From the NCBI GenBank assembly GCA_035701115.1, contig DASSOA010000158.1, positions 1-62,438 of the forward strand: DNA of 62,438 bases. The letters run 5' to 3'. A model generated the notes under the pieces. The model searched no databases. It was not told the origin of the DNA and was given only the letters and a program-made list of their open reading frames with translations. The position numbers and the translations under genes were made by a program. Of this stretch, positions 56,182-62,438 are shown piece by piece (the stretch's first letter is position 1; every line of letters begins with the position of its first letter). Source of the DNA: Gammaproteobacteria bacterium (GTDB lineage: Bacteria; Pseudomonadota; Gammaproteobacteria; Natronospirales; REEB76).

Positions 56182-57192
56182 TCAGTCTGCCGGGGTGACG
56201 GTGACGGTGGCGATGTCGCCGCTGTCCTGAATCCGCAGCGCATCATGGCGGTGATCGTCCTGAATAACGATCAGCATTTCGTACCGATCACCTGATTGAC
56301 GCCGTGCATCCACCACTTCCGCGACCGGCTGTTGACTGGCGTCGCTGACAATGGTCATGCCCGGTCGGAGTGGTTCCTTTGACGTGCTTCCGGCGCGCAC
56401 CATATGGCGTTTGACGGTGCCGCGAAAGTGCGCGCGGGCGATGATTTCCTGCCCGATGTAGCAGCCCTTCTTGAAGCTGATGGCATCCAGTTCTTCGAGG
56501 CCGATCATCTGTGCCACAAAATGTTCCGAGGTCTCGGGATAGACAGTGGGCTCGCCGGCGAGCAGCTTTTGCAGCATCCATTCATCTTCGCCGGCCGGTT
56601 GCACGCCCGCCTGGCTGAGCAGCGTCCACGTTCCGGAAAGCGCGTCGGCTGGTCCCATGATCAGAAAGCGCGGGCATTGGCCGTGCAGTCGGATGACCTG
56701 GGTGGCGCCATCCGAGGCTACCGCGTTCACGTGTGGCGGGACCGGTAATTGCGCGGATTCAAGCTTCTGAACGGCATGCTCACCACTCACGCCAATCCGG
56801 ACCAGTTCGTCGCTCGCATCGCTCAACGTCGCCTTGGCGCGCAACACATACATCGCCAGCCGCTTGTGAACCGTCCCAAGCAACGCACGGGGCAGCAGCA
56901 GCAGGATGCTGTCACCGCGCTGAACAACGCGCAGTACGGTGACGACCCGGCCCTTGGCGGTGCTCCACGAACTCAACTGACTGGTCTGATTCGTGAGGGC
57001 GTCGAGGTCGGTGCTGAGTTGCCCCTGAAGAAACGTGCGTGCGTCGGAACCGGCCACGGCAATCACACCTTCGTGCGACAGATCGGCGACGATGTCGGCC
57101 CCGGCGGATGGGGGCGACGCGAACCCCATGACACTGTCGCCATTGAAGCGTGCGCCGCGGCCGGATAGAAATGTCTGCCAGTCGGGATTCAT
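56182..57192 (-). CDS. ygfZ: Folate-binding Fe-S cluster repair/tRNA-modification protein YgfZ
   Basis: 337 aa from the internal ATG at 57192 (MNPDWQTFL...), with the family signature ...SFKKGCYIGQEIIAR... The track's 474-aa version extends through the divergent intergenic region and the DUF1674 gene. Confidence 0.88.
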   Translation of the reverse strand: MNPDWQTFLSGRGARFNGDSVMGFASPPSAGADIVADLSHEGVIAVAGSDARTFLQGQLSTDLDALTNQTSQLSSWSTAKGRVVTVLRVVQRGDSILLLLPRALLGTVHKRLAMYVLRAKATLSDASDELVRIGVSGEHAVQKLESAQLPVPPHVNAVASDGATQVIRLHGQCPRFLIMGPADALSGTWTLLSQAGVQPAGEDEWMLQKLLAGEPTVYPETSEHFVAQMIGLEELDAISFKKGCYIGQEIIARAHFRGTVKRHMVRAGSTSKEPLRPGMTIVSDASQQPVAEVVDARRQSGDRYEMLIVIQDDHRHDALRIQDSGDIATVTVTPAD

Positions 57193-57309
57193 GTCCAAGT
57201 CCGTTAAAAAACGGCGCCCATGATAGTGCCAGGCGTGGCGCCTGTCAGCGCGACCTGCACCGGCGGGGCTTTGGGTGTAAAATATTGCATCCAGTCTGAT
57301 AGCACCTGC

Positions 57310-57477
57310 ATGTCCGACAAAACAAGAAAAAGCCAGTCTGACCCGGTGCCGCCAGCGCGCGGCGCTGGCAAACATTCCCGCCCGGCACCCCGCCCGCGGG
57401 AAATCGGCGGTCCCAAAGGCCCGGAACCCACCCGTTATGGCGACTGGGAAAAGGGAGGCCGTTGCATCGATTTCTGA
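57310..57477 (+). CDS. DUF1674 small protein (SDHAF4-like)
   Basis: 55 aa from the ATG at 57310: MSDKTRKSQSDPVPPARGAGKHSRPAPRPREIGGPKGPEPTRYGDWEKGGRCIDF. The C-terminal EIGGPKGPEPTRYGDWE.KGR..DF is the hallmark of DUF1674/SDHAF4. Lies 88 nt upstream of sdhC. Confidence 0.75.
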   Translation: MSDKTRKSQSDPVPPARGAGKHSRPAPRPREIGGPKGPEPTRYGDWEKGGRCIDF

Positions 57478-57565
57478 CCCATGCCCCGATGGCGCCGCAG
57501 CACAGCATGGCGCACCGGGAGCGATTTCTGCTCCGCATCTGACATGATTCGAACGAGGTAACACG

Positions 57566-57961
57566 ATGGCGACAGATAACCGGCCCACATCGCCGCACAT
57601 CGGCATCTACCGATGGCAGATCACCATGACCATGTCCATCCTGCATCGCGCGACCGGCATCGCCCTTGCGGTTGGCAGCCTGGCGCTGGTTTACTGGTTC
57701 ATTGCCACCGCTATGGGGCCGGCGAGCTACGCGACGGCGCATACGCTGTTTGGCAGCTGGCTCGGCCAGTTGCTGATGTGGGGCTGGACCTTTTCGCTCT
57801 TCTACCACCTCTGCAACGGCATTCGGCACCTGTTCTGGGATGCGGGCAAGGGTTTCGAAATCAAGGATCTCTACGCGTCGGGCTACACCGTCTGGGTGGT
57901 GGCACTCGGTTTGACGGTGCTCACCGTGGTGCTTGCCTATATGAAAGGAGGTGCTGCATGA
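57566..57961 (+). CDS. sdhC: Succinate dehydrogenase cytochrome b556 subunit
   Basis: 131 aa, three TM helices. ...RPTSPHIGIYRWQITMTMSILHRATG... Confidence 0.92.
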   Translation: MATDNRPTSPHIGIYRWQITMTMSILHRATGIALAVGSLALVYWFIATAMGPASYATAHTLFGSWLGQLLMWGWTFSLFYHLCNGIRHLFWDAGKGFEIKDLYASGYTVWVVALGLTVLTVVLAYMKGGAA

Positions 57962-58338
57962 GCCTGCGCAATCCGTTGGCCCGGGCCCGCGGTCTGGGGT
58001 CGGCCAAAGAAGGCACCCTGCATTGGGTCGGCCAGCGAGTCTCGGCGCTGGCGCTGATTCCGCTGACCCTCTGGTTTGTGTACAGCGTGCTGCTGGTGAT
58101 GCACGGCGGGTATGAGCAGGCACGAACCTGGATGCATGCGCCGCTGGTTGCCGTGCTGCTGGTCATTTTCATCGGCACTGCCTTTTACCATGCCTATCTG
58201 GGTCTGCAGATGGTGATCGAAGACTACGTGCATGGCGCGTGGTCGAAATTCGGTTCCCTGATAGTGATCAAATTCATCTGCGTGCTGGTCGCGCTCAGCG
58301 GCATTTTCGCCGTGCTGCGTATCGCTTTTGGAGGCTGA
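57958..58338 (+). CDS. sdhD: Succinate dehydrogenase hydrophobic membrane anchor subunit
   Basis: 126 aa from the ATG at 57958 (ATGA overlap with sdhC): [30 protein letters not shown]...; three TM helices. The track entry 57613..58338 is over-extended. Confidence 0.9.
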   Translation: MSLRNPLARARGLGSAKEGTLHWVGQRVSALALIPLTLWFVYSVLLVMHGGYEQARTWMHAPLVAVLLVIFIGTAFYHAYLGLQMVIEDYVHGAWSKFGSLIVIKFICVLVALSGIFAVLRIAFGG

Positions 58339-58343
58339 ACAAG

Positions 58344-60131
58344 ATGGCGAATGCCTACAAACTGATTGATCACGTCTACGACGTGGTGGTGGTTGGCGCC
58401 GGCGGCGCCGGGTTGCGCGCCACCCTGGGGCTGGCGGAAGCGGGTCTTTCCACAGCCAACATCACCAAGGTGTTCCCGACGCGCAGCCATACGGTGGCGG
58501 CGCAGGGCGGTATCAGCGCTTCGCTCGGCAATATGGGTGAGGACGACTGGCGCTGGCACATGTATGACACTGTCAAGGGCGGAGACTACCTCGGCGACCA
58601 GGACGCGATCGAATACATGACGCGCGAAGCGGTTCCGGCGGTCATCGAACTCGAACATTTCGGCGTGCCGTTTTCCCGTACCGAGGAAGGCAAGATCTAT
58701 CAGCGCCCGTTTGGCGGCATGACCACCCACTTCGGTGAAGGCATTGCGCAGCGCACCTGTGCGGCGGCAGATCGTACCGGTCATGCGATGCTGCACACGC
58801 TCTATCAGCAGAGCCTGAAGCATCAGGCCGAATTTTTCATCGAATATTTCGCCATCGATCTGCTGATGGAAGACGGCGCCTGCCGTGGCGTGATCGCCTG
58901 GGACCTCACCACGGGACAGTTGCATCGCTTTCTTGCGCAGCAGGTCATTCTGGCGACCGGCGGCTATGGACGTGCCTACTTCTCCTGCACGTCGGCACAC
59001 ACCTGCACCGGCGACGGCAACGGCATGGTGTTGCGCGCCGGATTGCCGTTGCAGGATATGGAGTTTGTGCAGTTCCATCCGACGGGAATTTACGGTGCAG
59101 GATGCCTCATTACTGAAGGCGTGCGCGGCGAGGGCGGCTACCTGACGAATGCCAACGGCGAACGCTTCATGGAGCGCTATGCGCCCAACGCCAAGGATCT
59201 GGCGTCACGCGATGTGGTGAGCCGCGCCATGACCATCGAGATTCGCGAAGGGCGCGGTGTGGGGCCGGAAAAGGACCATATCCTGCTCAATCTGCAACAT
59301 CTCGGGCCGGAAGTGATCCATGAGCGGCTGCCCGGTATCGCCGAAACGGCGCGCATTTTTGCCGGCGTGGATGTCACGAAAGAACCCATTCCCGTATTGC
59401 CGACTGTGCATTACAACATGGGCGGCATTCCAACCAATTACCATGGCGAAGCCATGACGCTGAAGGACAGTAATCCCGATTCCGTGGTGCCGGGATTGAT
59501 GGCAGTCGGCGAAGCGGCATGTGTGTCGGTACACGGCGCGAACCGCCTGGGATCGAATTCGCTGCTTGATCTGGTCGTGTTCGGCCGTGCCGCGGCACAG
59601 CGCTGCGCGCAAACGGTAAAGCCGGGCCAGACCTCGCGCAATATTCCCGCAGCGGCGACCGAAAAGGTTCTTGATCGGTTTGACGGGTTACGCCACGCGA
59701 ACGGTTCGCAGGCAACTGCCGAGATACGTCTGCGCATGCAGAAAGTCATGCAGTCCGATGCAGCCGTGTTTCGTACCCAGAAAACCCTGGAAGAGGGCAG
59801 GGAACGACTCAAACAGGTGTTCGATGCGTTTGAAGACGTCAAGGTATCGGATCGCTCGCTGATCTGGAACAGCGATCTGGCCGAAACCCTGGAACTGGAA
59901 AATCTTCTCGCCTGCGCCACCGTCACCATGCACGGCGCAGTGAATCGAACCGAAAGCCGGGGCGCGCACGCGCGCGAGGATTTCCCGGAACGTGACGACC
60001 AGAACTGGATGAAGCACACGCTGGCGTGGTTGAATCCGGATCGTGGCGTCAGGCTTGAGTACCGGCCGGTGCACAATTTCACCATGACCGAGGAAATCAA
60101 GCCGTTTCCGCCGAAGAAGCGGGTGTACTGA
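58344..60131 (+). CDS. sdhA: Succinate dehydrogenase flavoprotein subunit
   Basis: [26 protein letters not shown]...[11 protein letters not shown] (FAD-attachment His)...; ~595 aa. Confidence 0.97.
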   Translation: MANAYKLIDHVYDVVVVGAGGAGLRATLGLAEAGLSTANITKVFPTRSHTVAAQGGISASLGNMGEDDWRWHMYDTVKGGDYLGDQDAIEYMTREAVPAVIELEHFGVPFSRTEEGKIYQRPFGGMTTHFGEGIAQRTCAAADRTGHAMLHTLYQQSLKHQAEFFIEYFAIDLLMEDGACRGVIAWDLTTGQLHRFLAQQVILATGGYGRAYFSCTSAHTCTGDGNGMVLRAGLPLQDMEFVQFHPTGIYGAGCLITEGVRGEGGYLTNANGERFMERYAPNAKDLASRDVVSRAMTIEIREGRGVGPEKDHILLNLQHLGPEVIHERLPGIAETARIFAGVDVTKEPIPVLPTVHYNMGGIPTNYHGEAMTLKDSNPDSVVPGLMAVGEAACVSVHGANRLGSNSLLDLVVFGRAAAQRCAQTVKPGQTSRNIPAAATEKVLDRFDGLRHANGSQATAEIRLRMQKVMQSDAAVFRTQKTLEEGRERLKQVFDAFEDVKVSDRSLIWNSDLAETLELENLLACATVTMHGAVNRTESRGAHAREDFPERDDQNWMKHTLAWLNPDRGVRLEYRPVHNFTMTEEIKPFPPKKRVY

Positions 60132-60158
60132 TAACCCAATTAGTGAAGGGCTGACAGC

Positions 60159-60938
60159 ATGGCTGAATTCAGATTGCCGAAGAATTCCCGGGTGCAGGAA
60201 GGCAGGACCCACAAGGCCGGGCAGGGCGCGAAGAACATCAAGCGCTTCCGTGTTTACCGCTACGATCCGGACAGCGGCGAGAATCCGCGCATCGACACCT
60301 ATGAAGTCGACATGGACAAGTGTGGTCCGATGGTGCTGGACGCCTTGCTCAAGATCAAGAACGAAATTGACCCGACGCTCACACTGCGCCGTTCGTGCCG
60401 CGAAGGAATTTGCGGCTCCTGCGCCATGAATATCGACGGCACCAATACGCTGGCCTGCACCAAGGCCTGCGGCGACATGAAAGGCGACGTAAAAATCTAC
60501 CCGCTGCCGCATATGCCGGTGGTCAAGGATCTGGTGCCGGACCTGACGCACTTTTATGCGCAATATGCCTCGATCAAGCCGTGGATTCGTACCCAGTCTG
60601 CGCCGCCCGACCGCGAACGGCTGCAGTCCAAGGACGAGCGTGAAAAACTGGACGGGTTGTACGAATGCATTCTGTGTGCATGCTGCTCGACCAGTTGTCC
60701 GAGCTACTGGTGGAATCCGGATCGCTACCTTGGTCCTGCGATCCTGCTGCAGGCTTACCGCTGGATAGCAGACAGCCGCGACGAGGCGACCGGTGAACGG
60801 CTCGACGATCTGCAGGACCCGTTCAAGCTGTATCGTTGCCATACCATCATGAATTGCACGCGCACGTGCCCGAAGGGGCTGAATCCGGCCAAGGCGATCG
60901 CGGAGATCAAGAAGCTGCTCGCAGAACGTGAGCACTAG
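60159..60938 (+). CDS. sdhB: Succinate dehydrogenase iron-sulfur subunit
   Basis: 259 aa. The Cys clusters [20 protein letters not shown] and [12 protein letters not shown] are present. Confidence 0.96.
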   Translation: MAEFRLPKNSRVQEGRTHKAGQGAKNIKRFRVYRYDPDSGENPRIDTYEVDMDKCGPMVLDALLKIKNEIDPTLTLRRSCREGICGSCAMNIDGTNTLACTKACGDMKGDVKIYPLPHMPVVKDLVPDLTHFYAQYASIKPWIRTQSAPPDRERLQSKDEREKLDGLYECILCACCSTSCPSYWWNPDRYLGPAILLQAYRWIADSRDEATGERLDDLQDPFKLYRCHTIMNCTRTCPKGLNPAKAIAEIKKLLAEREH

Positions 60939-60981
60939 TGTGCACTGAAGCCGGAATACTTGTGTCAACGAAAAGCAGCCA

Positions 60982-61227
60982 GTGATGAGTGAACTGTCAC
61001 GGCTGCGTTGGCGTTGCCGTCGAGGTATGAAGGAACTCGACGTGGTTCTGGAAAGCTATCTTGCTGTCTGCTATCCGGATGCACCGCAAAACGAACAGAC
61101 AGCGTTCGAGCGTCTGCTTGAGCTGTCCGATCCCGAGTTGTTGTACCGCGTGACGGGGCGTGATGCGCCCGCTGATGAAATTGAAGCCCGTGTCATCGAA
61201 GCCCTACGTCGAACCGCTCATTCTTGA
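60982..61227 (+). CDS. sdhE: FAD assembly factor SdhE (SDHAF2 homologue; YgfY/CptB)
   Basis: 81 aa. ...RLRWRCRRGMKELD... contains the conserved RGxxE motif. Immediately downstream of sdhB. Confidence 0.9.
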   Translation: MMSELSRLRWRCRRGMKELDVVLESYLAVCYPDAPQNEQTAFERLLELSDPELLYRVTGRDAPADEIEARVIEALRRTAHS

Positions 61228-61624
61228 TATCCGCCCGTCGCACCTGATTGCGATGCTGGTGCTGATGATCCACGTCATCGCCGCACTGGTGTGCGCACAG
61301 TTACCGCTGTCGCTGCTGAGCCGGCTGGTGCTGCTGCTGGCCGTGACCGGCAGTCTGATGTGCAATGGTGTGCTGTACCGGAAGCGTACGCCTCGACGTC
61401 TGTCCTGGTCGCAGGAACAGGGTTGGCGGCTGACAGGCAGGGACGGCCGGAATCTGGAGGTCGAACTGCTTCCGGAAGCCTACATCGGCGGCTGGCTGCT
61501 GGTGGCGCGCTTTCGGGATGCAACCGGACGCACGCATGCGGTGATGCTGGCACAGGACAGTGCGCGTGCCGATGGTCTGCGACGCTTGCGGGTGCTGCTG
61601 CGCTTCGGAACACCCAAATCGTGA
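61175..61624 (+). CDS. ygfX: YgfX/CptA-family inner-membrane protein
   Basis: ...LILDIRPSHLIAMLVLMIHVIAALV...(two TM helices)...THAVMLAQDSARADGLRRLRVLLRF parallels E. coli YgfX (SDLRVSWRAQWLSLLIHGLVAAV...HLWLAADSMDEAEWRDLRRILL). The start is uncertain (ATG 61160/61175, TTG 61181, GTG 61190). Every option overlaps the 3' end of sdhE. Confidence 0.75.
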   Translation: MKLKPVSSKPYVEPLILDIRPSHLIAMLVLMIHVIAALVCAQLPLSLLSRLVLLLAVTGSLMCNGVLYRKRTPRRLSWSQEQGWRLTGRDGRNLEVELLPEAYIGGWLLVARFRDATGRTHAVMLAQDSARADGLRRLRVLLRFGTPKS

Positions 61625-61652
61625 TTTGCAATCGGCTTGCGGTGCCGGCGAG

Positions 61653-62438
61653 CTAGGGCCAGATGACGTCGAGATGATTGCCGGCAAAATTGGCCGGCAC
61701 CAGTACCGTGCTGTGTGGTGCGCGCCGGGTTTCAGCCTCAGGGTAATCCAGTGTGTAGTGCAGGCCGCGGCTTTCCTTTCGAGACATTGCCGACTGCACG
61801 ATAAGCCCGGCAACCTGGGCCAGGTTGCGCAATTCGATCAAGTCGTTGGTGATGCGGAAATTGCCGTAATACTCTTCGATCTCGCGCAGCAGGAGTTCGA
61901 TCCGGCTCGCAGCCCGCTTCAGGCGCTTGTTGGTACGCACGATGCCCACGTAGTCCCACATGAAATGACGCAGTTCGCTCCAGTTGTGGGACACCACAAC
62001 TTCTTCATCGGAATCGGTCACCCGGCTTTCATCCCATTTTGGTAACGCGTCGGGCAATTCGACGGCATGGTCGCGCGTGGTGATGTCGTGTGCCGCCGCG
62101 GTGCCAAACACCAGGCATTCCAGCAGGGAATTGCTGGCCATGCGGTTGGCACCATGCAGGCCGGTAAAGGCAGTTTCTCCGATCGCATACAGGCCGGGCA
62201 GATCGGTGCGGCCGTGCAGATCCGTGAGCACGCCGCCACAGGTGTAATGTGCGGCGGGCACGACCGGTATCGGACCGGCCGCCATGTCGAATCCGAAATC
62301 AAGACAGCGTGCGTAGATGGTCGGAAAATGTTCCTGGATGAATTCCCTGGAACGATGGCTGATATCGAGCAGCACGTGGTCGGCACCGAGCCGTTTCATT
62401 TCATGGTCAATGGCTCTGGCGACAATGTCGCGGGGCGC
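61653..62438 (-). CDS. nadB: L-aspartate oxidase, C-terminal part (5' end runs off the window end)
   Basis: ...[50 protein letters not shown]...[12 protein letters not shown]... The reading frame stays open to position 62438. Confidence 0.9.
   Translation of the reverse strand, partial: APRDIVARAIDHEMKRLGADHVLLDISHRSREFIQEHFPTIYARCLDFGFDMAAGPIPVVPAAHYTCGGVLTDLHGRTDLPGLYAIGETAFTGLHGANRMASNSLLECLVFGTAAAHDITTRDHAVELPDALPKWDESRVTDSDEEVVVSHNWSELRHFMWDYVGIVRTNKRLKRAASRIELLLREIEEYYGNFRITNDLIELRNLAQVAGLIVQSAMSRKESRGLHYTLDYPEAETRRAPHSTVLVPANFAGNHLDVIWP

Noticed and set aside
57193-57606. N-terminal 138-codon extension of ygfZ in the ORF track (56182..57606).
   Set aside because: The extension is low-complexity (rich in Ala, Gly, Arg and Cys). 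It runs across the divergent promoter region and antisense through the DUF1674 gene. The YgfZ homology starts at MNPDWQ (57192).
59688-60968. 426-aa minus-strand ORF spanning the sdhA-sdhB junction; also 58224..59078 and 59438..60139.
   Set aside because: It is antisense to strongly conserved sdhA and sdhB and has no motif content. It is a shadow ORF.

Overview
Densely packed, GC-rich (judged by eye, not computed) core-chromosome segment of a proteobacterium. I call about 62 protein-coding genes. I found no rRNA, tRNA, CRISPR array, transposase, integrase, phage gene or long repeat.

Gene order closely follows the classical gammaproteobacterial housekeeping backbone. In window order:
- pckG (partial, missing from the ORF track)
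- GT51-like gene, yoaA-tsaB
- phoBR, olsBA, phoU, dsbB
- dapE-yffB-dapD-dapC, glnD, map (minus strand)
- rpsB-tsf-pyrH-frr-uppS-cdsA-dxr-rseP-bamA-skp-lpxD-fabZ-lpxA-lpxB-rnhB-dnaE-accA-tilS
- pyrG-kdsA-eno-ftsB-ispD-ispF-truD
- a crotonase gene and smrB
- surE-pcm-nlpD-rpoS
- a DUF498 gene, an RpfE-like gene, recJ-prfB-lysS, an m5C RNA methyltransferase
- ygfZ, a DUF1674 gene, sdhCDAB-sdhE-ygfX
- nadB (partial)

The uppS-cdsA-dxr order, GTP-type PEPCK, dapC and the RpfE-like/recJ/prfB/lysS block suggest a non-enteric, Pseudomonas- or Xanthomonas-like gammaproteobacterium. That placement is inference only.

Many ORF-track entries are 5'-over-extended. I re-set starts using homologous N-termini, Shine-Dalgarno sequences and 4-nt ATGA/GTGA stop-start overlaps.

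Honest bottom line: this is an ordinary core region. I see no convincing undescribed multi-gene system such as a defence or mobile system. The best leads are modest:
1. A membrane-anchored GT51 transglycosylase homologue lacking both catalytic glutamates.
2. A phoBR-olsBA-phoU block with Pho-box-like repeats in front of olsB and an orphan phoU.
3. A succinate-dehydrogenase maturation neighbourhood: ygfZ, a hidden 55-aa DUF1674/SDHAF4-like gene, sdhCDAB, sdhE and ygfX/cptA.
4. An RpfE-type protein of unknown function, stop-start overlapped with recJ.
5. The canonical prfB +1 frameshift site.
6. A long basic C-terminal tail on ribosomal protein S2.
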